This document shows, piece after piece, positions 56,568-64,000 of a DNA stretch of 64,000 nt. Position 1 is the first letter of the stretch. Every line of letters starts with the position of its first letter. Location: NCBI GenBank assembly GCA_964641225.1, contig CAZXKC010000004.1:29026-93025 (forward strand), read 5' to 3'. The DNA comes from an uncultured Candidatus Saccharibacteria bacterium (GTDB lineage Bacteria > Patescibacteriota > Minisyncoccia > UBA6257 > 1-14-0-10-44-23). The notes beneath the pieces were generated by a model. The model was not told the DNA's origin. It made no database searches and saw only the letters and a program-made list of their open reading frames with translations. The position numbers were made by a program, and so were the translations under genes.

Positions 56568-56701
56568 ACTAAAATTAGTTAGGTTAGTGGCCACGGTCGA
56601 CATCGCAGCCGTTGTTAAGGAAAAGTATACCCTACGGCAAGCTTTTTGCCAAATTGACAATGAGCTCCCTTAAATGATGTAATTACTGCACAGCAAAAGC
56701 C

Positions 56702-56853
56702 GCCCCTGTAGTTCAATGGATGGCGGCCCCTCGGCTCTTATTATAAAATAGGAGCGCCGAGGTACCAGGGCCTTGTCGCTCAAGGTTGCGGCCACCGCCG
56801 CATTCGTAACCGCCTCCACTTTGTTTCGGCTCGCGATAGAGCAGCTCCGTCCT
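56702..56853 (+). repeat. tRNA-Arg(CCT) 5' half interrupted in the D-loop by a 116-bp structured repeat (copy 3, 56721-56836)
   Basis: GCCCCTGTAGTTCAATGGA-[TGGCGGCCCC...CTCGCGA]-TAGAGCAGCTCCGTCCT. Confidence 0.9.
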
Positions 56854-56858
56854 CAAAC

Positions 56859-56931
56859 ACCCTCGTAGTTCAATGGATTAGAACAATCCCGTCCTAAGGG
56901 ATTGATGTAGGTTCGATTCCTACCGAGGGTA
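56859..56931 (+). tRNA. tRNA-Arg(CCT)
   Basis: ACCCTCG...CGAGGGT-A, anticodon arm ATCCC-GTCCTAA-GGGAT. Confidence 0.92.
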
Positions 56932-57023
56932 CACCTGTCAATATTGCATTTCTTGCTAGCGGTGCTACCGTTTATTTGTGTTGGCCATGGTGGCCAGCGC
57001 AGGACCCAAGGAGGATGTCTCAC

Positions 57024-57722
57024 ATGGAAACGCATCTGCGAATCCACGAGGCCTTCTGCCTCGTGTCCTCGCTACTCTCGCTGGTTCTCGAACCAGCCGT
57101 GAAAGAAGGCTGCGGCATCACGATCTGGCACGGTCGCCCGATCTACGACCCACACCTACAGAAACCCCTCAACGAAACGACCGAACTGCTGATGGACCTG
57201 CTGGCGGAAGAGGCGCTCAAGGAAGGGCTGCCCTCTACCCCGGAAGACGCTATCGCAGCAGTGGTGACCTACGACCGCGGTGGCATCCGCCGCACTCTGG
57301 CGGAGACGCTGGCCCGGAAAATCGGGGGTCTCCAGAGGTTCCCCTGCGAACCGTTCATCGTCGCTCACAATAAGGGGGCCGGTGGTGTCCGTGGACGGCT
57401 CGTCCTGGACCGGGAAGGACTGCGGGATCTTCGGAGGCGAAAAGCGAAGGTCTACTTCCTCACCGATCTTCTGGAAACCGAGAGTTACCTGATCCGCATG
57501 GCCAAGACCGCCCGGCAGCCGCGCCATGGTCTCCGCATCGTTCGGTTCAGTGCCGTAGTCAAACGTGATCGAGGCATCCGCAGAGTCATCCTAGATCGCG
57601 TCGGAGAAGAACTCCCTCTCGTGTACTTCCTGGACTGCCAACTGGACCCTCGACAGTCCGCCGAGGACGGCGACGCAGTGCAACACGAGATCGACAGGGC
57701 ATTCGAACCTGCAACCCTGTAG
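57024..57722 (+). CDS. Divergent phosphoribosyltransferase-fold protein, GC-rich
   Basis: AAGGAGG SD; KVYFLTDLLETES resembles the PRPP-binding loop; VVKRD. Confidence 0.5.
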   Translation: METHLRIHEAFCLVSSLLSLVLEPAVKEGCGITIWHGRPIYDPHLQKPLNETTELLMDLLAEEALKEGLPSTPEDAIAAVVTYDRGGIRRTLAETLARKIGGLQRFPCEPFIVAHNKGAGGVRGRLVLDREGLRDLRRRKAKVYFLTDLLETESYLIRMAKTARQPRHGLRIVRFSAVVKRDRGIRRVILDRVGEELPLVYFLDCQLDPRQSAEDGDAVQHEIDRAFEPATL

Positions 57723-57782
57723 CCCCAACAACGCTAAGAGAGCCGGCTTCGTGAAGAACGACCGGCTCTCTCCCTTTTAAGA

Positions 57783-58169
57783 TTACTTTTTCTTTTCTAG
57801 CTCCAAGCAAACCGAATTGATACAATAGCGCTTCCCTGTCGTTGCCTTTGGGCCATCGTCAAACACGTGGCCTAAATGAGAATTACAATTGGCGCAGAGC
57901 ACCTCGGTTCGCTCCATCCCATATTTTGAGTCGTGTTCGTATTTAACGGCTCCGGGAAGCGCCTGATCAAAACTTGGCCAACCAGTACCAGAATCAAACT
58001 TTGCATCTGAGGCAAAGAGCTTGTTGCCGCAGACAACGCAGGCAAACATTCCCTCTTCATGGGACGTGGCATATTTGCCACTGAAAGGCACCTCCGTTCC
58101 CTTTTCGCGCAATACCTTGTATTGCTCAGGGGTCAACTTCTTTTTCAGCTCCTCCTCGTTAATCTGCAT
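57783..58169 (-). CDS. msrB: Peptide-methionine (R)-S-oxide reductase
   Basis: KFDSGTGWPSF, HLGHVF.DGP and RYCINS motifs. Confidence 0.97.
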   Translation of the reverse strand: MQINEEELKKKLTPEQYKVLREKGTEVPFSGKYATSHEEGMFACVVCGNKLFASDAKFDSGTGWPSFDQALPGAVKYEHDSKYGMERTEVLCANCNSHLGHVFDDGPKATTGKRYCINSVCLELEKKK

Positions 58170-58174
58170 ATATA

Positions 58175-58567
58175 TTAGACCGTCTTATGCATATCGTGCG
58201 GATGATGCGTATGCGAACCAGTCGTGATTACTAAATAACCGGGCACGAGCCAACCAATAAATGGGAGAGCAACAAGTGCACCGAGCCACCAGGGCTTACC
58301 AAACTTTTTACCGATTTCCGACCAGATGTATCCGGCCACAAAAAAGTTGACGTATGGGATAAACAAGCCAAGCAGCCACCACCACGGTAAGGCGGCCATT
58401 TGCGTAGCCAGATACAAATTAGCAAACGGGATCCATGCAAACCAGGGATTCTTTGCGCCCAATCGGCGCGCGAGCACCATTGTGGTATAGGCCAGATAGA
58501 TATATACGACGATGCCACCTATTGCCTGCTCAACTCCGAAACCGCTTGAAGGAAAAAATGTGTTCAT
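58175..58567 (-). CDS. DUF5684-type membrane protein
   Basis: W.AWIPFAN.Y and KFGK motifs. Confidence 0.7.
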   Translation of the reverse strand: MNTFFPSSGFGVEQAIGGIVVYIYLAYTTMVLARRLGAKNPWFAWIPFANLYLATQMAALPWWWLLGLFIPYVNFFVAGYIWSEIGKKFGKPWWLGALVALPFIGWLVPGYLVITTGSHTHHPHDMHKTV

Positions 58568-58598
58568 ACGTTAGTTATAGACTTAAGTATATAATTTT

Positions 58599-60359
58599 TT
58601 ACGCAGAAGCAAAACCTCCAGCCTGAATGTTCCACAACTTTTGATACGTTCCTTGCTGAGCCTTAAGTAACTCCTCGTGTTTGCCCTCTTCAATTATTTT
58701 ACCATCAGCAATCACTACGATTCGATCCATTTGCATGATTGTTGAAAGACGATGAGCTACAACAATCGTTGTCCGGCCCTTCATCAAATTCTTAAGCGCG
58801 TCCTGAATAAACATCTCACTCTCGCTATCAAGCGACGAGGTCGCCTCGTCAAGAATTAAAATCGGTGCATCTTTTAAAATTGCCCGAGCAATTGCAACGC
58901 GCTGACGCTCACCCCCGGAAAGCTTAATGCCTCGCTCACCCACAAGGGTCTGATATCCGTGTTGAGACTTACTAATAAATTCGTGTGCATGTGCCAATCG
59001 CGCTGCTTCAACAACCTCTTGATCGGTGGCATCGGGTTTAGCGTAGCGAATATTTTCAGCAAGCGTACGATGGAATAAAATCGGGTCTTGCGGCACGAGT
59101 GAAAGCGCCGAGCGCACAGAATCCTGGGTTGCCTTTGAAATGTCCTGCCCGTCGATCGCGATCGTACCGCTGTTAACATCATAGAATCGGAGCAGCAACT
59201 TTAGAATTGTTGACTTACCGCCACCCGACGGACCAATGAGGGCAACGCGCTCGCCGGGGTTAATGCTCAGGTTAAATTTTTCAAGCACCGCTGAGCCGTC
59301 ATGGTATCCGAATGAAATATCTTTGAACTCAACTTTGCCTTTCACGCTCCCCAAAGTTACGGCGCCCGGAACGTCTTTAATGTCATGAGGCTTCAGAAGA
59401 AGCTCGGTCATCTCGTTGGCGTCGGCCAACGATTCATAGAGCGCGCGGATGTTTTTGCCTGTATCCCACAATTTTTCGATAATTCTAAATAAATAGACCT
59501 GCAAAAGAGTCACGCCTCCGATGCTAATCAGTCCTTGCTGCCACTGCTTCACAGAAAGGTATACGACAAAAAACTCCAAAGCGACTACCAAAAGACCCTG
59601 GACAAATTCGCCGATGACACCAATATCCCAACTTTTTTTCCGAACTCGAAATTGTTTTTCAGTAACCCCTGCAAAACGTCCATTTTCAGTAGCATAGCTT
59701 GTGAACACCTTAAGATTTACGTTATTAGTAATACCATCAGCAAGTTCTCCAGTTGTATGCGTATCCGCATGCGCACGTCGAATATCATAAGGCATTTTAA
59801 AACGCGCAAAATAATAAACGAAAACTAAATATACAGCACACCATCCAAGGATAATAAAACCAAACAGCGGATATTGTGCCAGCAAAACAACTAAAATCAT
59901 TGCCGTGATAACGAATGTGCGTCCTAAACTGAAAAATAGCTGGTTCACAAAAACTTCAAAAGCACGCTCAACTCGTTTTACTTTTGTAACTAAACTTCCA
60001 ATAAATTTTGATGTAAAAAACCCGTAAGAATGCTGTTGTAGATACTGATAGCAGGTGTTTGTCAGCTCGCTCATTACCTTTGGCAAAAAATAATTATTTG
60101 TTAAATCGGCAACGCGCCAAAAAACAACCTCTATAAGATTAATTCCTAAGATAAGTAAAATGAGATGGACGGCAGGCGCAATATCAGCCTGCGCTGTTCC
60201 GCTTGCCAGCACATCAACTAAATTACGATAGAGAGTAGCGACTCCTGTTTGTACAGCAGTTACTATGAGAACACTTCCGAAAATCAAAAAGACCTGCCAG
60301 CGGTATTTCCGCGCATGCTGCCAAAAAATTTTGAGCGTCTGTCGTGTAAGCGATTGCAT
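58599..60359 (-). CDS. ABC exporter (fused TMD-NBD)
   Basis: Six TMs, GPSGGGKST, LSGGERQR and DEATSSLD. Confidence 0.95.
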   Translation of the reverse strand: MQSLTRQTLKIFWQHARKYRWQVFLIFGSVLIVTAVQTGVATLYRNLVDVLASGTAQADIAPAVHLILLILGINLIEVVFWRVADLTNNYFLPKVMSELTNTCYQYLQQHSYGFFTSKFIGSLVTKVKRVERAFEVFVNQLFFSLGRTFVITAMILVVLLAQYPLFGFIILGWCAVYLVFVYYFARFKMPYDIRRAHADTHTTGELADGITNNVNLKVFTSYATENGRFAGVTEKQFRVRKKSWDIGVIGEFVQGLLVVALEFFVVYLSVKQWQQGLISIGGVTLLQVYLFRIIEKLWDTGKNIRALYESLADANEMTELLLKPHDIKDVPGAVTLGSVKGKVEFKDISFGYHDGSAVLEKFNLSINPGERVALIGPSGGGKSTILKLLLRFYDVNSGTIAIDGQDISKATQDSVRSALSLVPQDPILFHRTLAENIRYAKPDATDQEVVEAARLAHAHEFISKSQHGYQTLVGERGIKLSGGERQRVAIARAILKDAPILILDEATSSLDSESEMFIQDALKNLMKGRTTIVVAHRLSTIMQMDRIVVIADGKIIEEGKHEELLKAQQGTYQKLWNIQAGGFASA

Positions 60360-60394
60360 GGAACTAAAATATAAACATATCAATAATCATTATG

Positions 60395-60465
60395 CGGGAG
60401 CTGTAGGAATCGAACCCACGTCGGCCGTTTTGGAGACGGCGGTCCTACCATTGAACGAAGCTCCC
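60395..60465 (-). tRNA. tRNA-Trp(CCA)
   Basis: GGGAGCT...AGCTCCC-G, anticodon arm GCCGT-CTCCAAA-ACGGC. Confidence 0.95.
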
Positions 60466-60551
60466 TAAAACAATCGCAAACGATTGTTCGGGCTGCCGCT
60501 AGCGGCTTAGCCCCTCCGCTCTTTGTATACTACGTAATTTCGCGAAAAAAA

Positions 60552-61211
60552 TCAAAGCCCGGCGGCGGTCTTCCAGAGCGTTAAATCGGTACCGGTTTCA
60601 TACCGTGTCGCGTCATACCCTCCATCGCTCTGCGCCTTTTCTAAAAACTTTTGAGATTCAAGTTGAGCAGCAAATTCATACGTAGCACTTACGCCGCCTG
60701 TTATGTATAAATAAAATAATCCATTGGTCAGATTACTACTTGGATCGAGCGGCAGCGCGCTTAGCGGCGAACCTGCGGTACTAAATGTACCGCCACCCGC
60801 AGCAAGGAATGCGTCAGCGCGAGCGTTGTTTCGTCCTAGCGGATTACTAAAATCAATCGGTATCCAACCCTGCCCATCAACACGAGACGACACATCGCTT
60901 GCACAGGTATATATCCAAGGAAAAACGAGCGTAGGTAATGGCGGAGCTACACACGCTGGATCTGTATTTCTTGCAGATATATATACCCTATTTACACTAC
61001 CGATACTTTTACCGCCAAACTGAATAAAATTAATAACTTTAGTGAGCGTATCTAAATCGCTAATACGCTGCGCATCACGCGCCTGTCGAAATAACTCTGC
61101 CGGATTTAATATTAATACAGTAACCGTTGAAAGCACAGCAAGAATACCGATAACAATCAAAAGCTCGATCAACGTGAAACCCTTCCGTTTGAAGACGGAG
61201 ACGTCGTGCAT
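60552..61211 (-). CDS. Type IV pilin-like protein
   Basis: KGFTLIELLIVIGI prepilin site; ARDAQRISDL. Confidence 0.9.
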   Translation of the reverse strand: MHDVSVFKRKGFTLIELLIVIGILAVLSTVTVLILNPAELFRQARDAQRISDLDTLTKVINFIQFGGKSIGSVNRVYISARNTDPACVAPPLPTLVFPWIYTCASDVSSRVDGQGWIPIDFSNPLGRNNARADAFLAAGGGTFSTAGSPLSALPLDPSSNLTNGLFYLYITGGVSATYEFAAQLESQKFLEKAQSDGGYDATRYETGTDLTLWKTAAGL

Positions 61212-61280
61212 ACTCTATTAAGTATAAGGCCTAACTAACAACAATGGCTGGGTATAACCCCAGCCATCATCTGTACGCTC

Positions 61281-61451
61281 TTATTTCTTTGTCTCTTTGT
61301 GCATCGTGTGTGCACGACACTTGCTACAAAACTTCGACAGCTCAATTTTACGCTCAACAAGCTTCTTATTCTTGCGCGTCCAATAGTTGCTGCTCTTGCA
61401 CGTCGGGCAGCGCAACTTGATCATGTTCTTACTGAATTTTGAATCGGCCAT
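61281..61451 (-). CDS. rpmG: 50S ribosomal protein L33 (zinc-binding type)
   Basis: IKLRCPTCKSSNYWTRKNKK...LSKFCSKCRAHTMHKE; below the ORF track cutoff. Confidence 0.93.
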   Translation of the reverse strand: MADSKFSKNMIKLRCPTCKSSNYWTRKNKKLVERKIELSKFCSKCRAHTMHKETKK

Positions 61452-61549
61452 ACATCAATTAAATAGGTTAAAACGATTGGGATAGTATACATAATCCCCG
61501 CTTTTTTTGCAAGCGTCCCCTTATCTACTATCTACTTACTACTATACTT

Positions 61550-61636
61550 TTGAGCCGATGGCCAGAATTGCTATCGATTTCTTCGCGAGAGCTTGAGCGA
61601 CTCAGAAATCGGAATCCCTTTAGGGAAACTGGCCTA
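61550..61636 (-). repeat. 3' copy of tRNA-Thr(GGT) with a 56-bp hairpin insert in the T-loop
   Basis: 21-bp direct repeat at 61550-61570 and 61657-61677; GCCAGTT-[insert]-CAATTCTGGCCATCGGCTCA. Confidence 0.85.
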
Positions 61637-61659
61637 CCAGTTCAACTGACCATTGCTTG

Positions 61660-61732
61660 AGCCGATGGCCAGAATTGAACTGGCGACCTATTCCTTACCA
61701 TGGAATTGCTCTACCATCTGAGCTACATCGGC
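61660..61732 (-). tRNA. tRNA-Thr(GGT)
   Basis: GCCGATG...CATCGGC-T, anticodon arm ATTCC-ATGGTAA-GGAAT. Confidence 0.94.
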
Positions 61733-61800
61733 ACTATTCCACCATAGGCGAAAATGGTAAACAAATAATACCTGAATAGCTAAAAAATGCAAAGATTCGA

Positions 61801-62355
61801 CTATCCCTTCTTGTCGCGAGCGTGCAAGACCGCCATGGCCCCGTTTGCAAGACAAGAAACAGTCGGATAAAAACTATTCGCAAACGTCCAAGAGCCACCA
61901 CCAATCACACTGAGCAAACCACCAAGAGAATACATCAACCACGGCAAAAACTGTTTCCTTTCTGGTTTGCTATAGGCGTCGCGCAGGCTCGGGGCGATAG
62001 CGATAAAATATTTTATAACCACAATCGTTAGCGTTGCCGCAAAAGCACTCACGTAGTACCAAACGCCCAGAGAAATAATTGCTCCTACCAAAACAGTTGT
62101 TTCGAATGAACGCCAACGCCACTCGCCTCCTTTGAGAATAAATAAAACCACGACAATGTTCCCAATTTCAAAAGCACCCGCGAGGAATGCGCTCGCGTTG
62201 TTCGCCAAAAGTGCAAAAAATAAAACGGCATCTACAAAGGACCATATTAACCAGGTCGCGATGTTAAGCCTTATGTTGCCACGCCAGATATCGAGAAGCA
62301 AAGGAATATAGGCAAGAAAAGCAATCGCGGCACCTGCCCAAACGATGTATTGCAT
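61801..62355 (-). CDS. Multi-pass membrane protein (PQ-loop/SWEET-like)
   Basis: ATWLIW and PSLRDAYSKPE motifs. Confidence 0.65.
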   Translation of the reverse strand: MQYIVWAGAAIAFLAYIPLLLDIWRGNIRLNIATWLIWSFVDAVLFFALLANNASAFLAGAFEIGNIVVVLFILKGGEWRWRSFETTVLVGAIISLGVWYYVSAFAATLTIVVIKYFIAIAPSLRDAYSKPERKQFLPWLMYSLGGLLSVIGGGSWTFANSFYPTVSCLANGAMAVLHARDKKG

Positions 62356-62374
62356 ATATCGCTATAATACCATG

Positions 62375-62447
62375 AGCCACCTCCCAGACTTGAACTGGGG
62401 ACCTTCTCTTTACAAAAGAGTTGCTCTACCAGCTGAGCTAAGGTGGC
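62375..62447 (-). tRNA. tRNA-Thr(TGT)
   Basis: GCCACCT...AGGTGGC-T, anticodon loop TTTGTAA. Confidence 0.93.
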
Positions 62448-62558
62448 GTGCATCTATTTAAGCTTAAAATCAGTAAATTGACAACATTGCCTTCGAGGGT
62501 GGTATTCTAAAGACGGGTACGGATGGGTGGTCAAACGACATGGAAGGAGGTGATCAAA

Positions 62559-62798
62559 ATGTCGACGACCAACCCCAGTGACCCGAAGCATCGGGTAGCC
62601 AAGCTCGTTACGGAAGGACTCGTAACGCGCGTAGCGGCGATCTGCTATCTGCACAGTAAGGGCCTTGCCCTGCTGCCAGACGGCTTTAGGCATATCAGCG
62701 ACAGCGAGTATGCCGATCACATCGCCGACGTCGAGGAGGTGCTCAAGAAGGAGCCCGAACCGACGCCCGTAGCAAGCGAGAACGGGAGCAAGAACTGA
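62559..62798 (+). CDS. Hypothetical protein, GC-rich
   Basis: AAGGAGGTGA SD before ATG at 62559. Confidence 0.55.
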   Translation: MSTTNPSDPKHRVAKLVTEGLVTRVAAICYLHSKGLALLPDGFRHISDSEYADHIADVEEVLKKEPEPTPVASENGSKN

Positions 62799-62944
62799 TG
62801 GGAGGATGGGATGACCCGTGCGCCTGCAGCACCGTCCGGCCGTCGCCGGCGGCTAGTGCCTCACTCATCCGCGATGCGGGTCCGAGCGAGGCACTTCAAT
62901 TTTCATAACAAAAAATACGCGCATGATAGGCGCTTTTTATTTTG

Positions 62945-63028
62945 TGGGCAGAGAGGGATTCGAACCCCCGTAGCCATAAAGGCGTCTCGTCTACAGCGAG
63001 ATGCAATTGACCGCTCTGCCATCTGCCC
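62945..63028 (-). tRNA. tRNA-Tyr(GTA)
   Basis: GGGCAGA...TCTGCCC-A, anticodon arm TCTCG-CTGTAGA-CGAGA. Confidence 0.94.
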
Positions 63029-63087
63029 ATTTCCACTAGACGAGGATACCGTGTTTCTTCAAAAAAATAAAGACCCGCACCGGCTCT

Positions 63088-63441
63088 CTACTTTTTATCC
63101 TCGTCACTCATCACGCTGGCCATGTGCTCCATTTTTTCTTTGAGTGCAGCACCCTGCTTTTCCCTAAGAACTGGCGAGTGTTTCCGCAGATGATCGAGGT
63201 TGCGATTAATCCCCGCGTCGATTTTACCAATTAAGATGCGTGCTTTGCGCAGCATATTTTCAAGCATATGCACCAGCACGTTATCAACCTGCTCAAGCGG
63301 CAACCGGTCAACCAGCTTATCAAAAGCGCTTGACGGAGCGGCGGTCGGATCATCTGCAATGCGTGGGAGCGCCCGCGCAAACAAATAGACCATTACGATC
63401 AGCGATGCAACGAAGATTATGTGAGTTATGAAGTCGAACAT
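63088..63441 (-). CDS. Conserved hypothetical membrane-anchored protein
   Basis: TM, ARALPRI, LPLE..D and LRKARI...KID motifs. Confidence 0.65.
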   Translation of the reverse strand: MFDFITHIIFVASLIVMVYLFARALPRIADDPTAAPSSAFDKLVDRLPLEQVDNVLVHMLENMLRKARILIGKIDAGINRNLDHLRKHSPVLREKQGAALKEKMEHMASVMSDEDKK

Positions 63442-63550
63442 GCCATTATTATATCCTTAAGCGCCGAATAGGCGCAATTTACTTAAATAATATGGCGCAT
63501 ACCGCCATTGCTTGTACTCACGCAATGCAGACGGTAAATTCCATACATAA

Positions 63551-64000
63551 TTACTGACCAAGCTGATACCGGGTAAATCGATTGATTTTGATGTTCTCGC
63601 CAACTTTAACGATGACGCTTTTAAGGTATTCCTGGATGGTCATCTTGTCATCGCGCAGATACGGCTGAGCTAACAGCTCTTCAACGGTCGCCGGAGCGGT
63701 TGCTGAAATCTGCATTGCAATATTTTTAGCCGCCTCACGAAACACCTCTCCGCGAGTCACAAAGTCGGTCTCCGCGTAGATCTCTAGAAGCACGGCAATG
63801 CGGCCTGAGTGAATGTAGGCCTCAAAATGACCGGCACCCGTCACACGATCGCCCTTCTTGTCTGCCTTAGCAGCTCCAGCAGCCATTAAAGCTGCCTTTG
63901 CCTTTTCCAAGTCCCCGCCTGCGGCGTCGAGCGCGCGCTTAGCGTCCATTAATCCTGCGCCAGTTTCCTCTCTCAATTTTGCAACGTCTTGTGCTGCCAT
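63551..64000 (-). CDS. tsf: Elongation factor Ts (short form); the start may extend past the window
   Basis: VAKLREETGAGLMDAKRAL, ETDFV and GENIKINRF motifs. Confidence 0.93.
   Translation of the reverse strand: MAAQDVAKLREETGAGLMDAKRALDAAGGDLEKAKAALMAAGAAKADKKGDRVTGAGHFEAYIHSGRIAVLLEIYAETDFVTRGEVFREAAKNIAMQISATAPATVEELLAQPYLRDDKMTIQEYLKSVIVKVGENIKINRFTRYQLGQ

Noticed and set aside
1-64000. Alternative genetic code (UGA=Gly), CRISPR array or rRNA
   Set aside because: Long genes are intact under code 11, some end in TGA, and no repeat-spacer array or rRNA sequence was seen.

Overview
Chromosomal window from a Patescibacteria (CPR, Parcubacteria-like) bacterium using genetic code 11. The lineage call is inferred from the gene repertoire, not from a database search. 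The backbone carries recO, rplS, rluA-type synthase, purB-folD-glyA, dprA-topA, parB, a MacAB-type ABC exporter, a VirD4/TraG-like ATPase, msrB, rpmG, tsf and 12 intact tRNA genes. No rRNA or CRISPR array was seen. Main observations: (1) Two integrative elements sit in tandem at the 3' end of tRNA-Ser(TGA), about 21199-32636 and 32637-39318. The three junctions share a CCGC core lying in frame inside large serine recombinase genes, so excision would swap the recombinase C-terminal tail and restore a CCA-ended tRNA followed by its terminator. Cargo includes a Hachiman-like pair, a TerS-like gene and an SF1 helicase-nuclease fusion. (2) Each element carries a copy of a ~150-nt covarying structured RNA (GAAA tetraloop, receptor-like motif, 14-bp long-range pairing) at the head of its cargo operon. 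(3) A 113-116 bp structured repeat occurs three times, always inside a duplicated 5' fragment of a tRNA just upstream of the intact gene (Val, Ile, Arg). Other tRNAs have 3' fragment copies with hairpins inserted in the T-loop. (4) Also seen: a Tyr-rich leader-peptide attenuator, a frameshifted DGR-target-like gene, a LAGLIDADG gene that takes its stop codon from a tRNA, a CC1-like small protein, and scattered GC-rich genes with their own sigma70 promoters and Shine-Dalgarno sites. All calls are by-eye reading and need computational confirmation.
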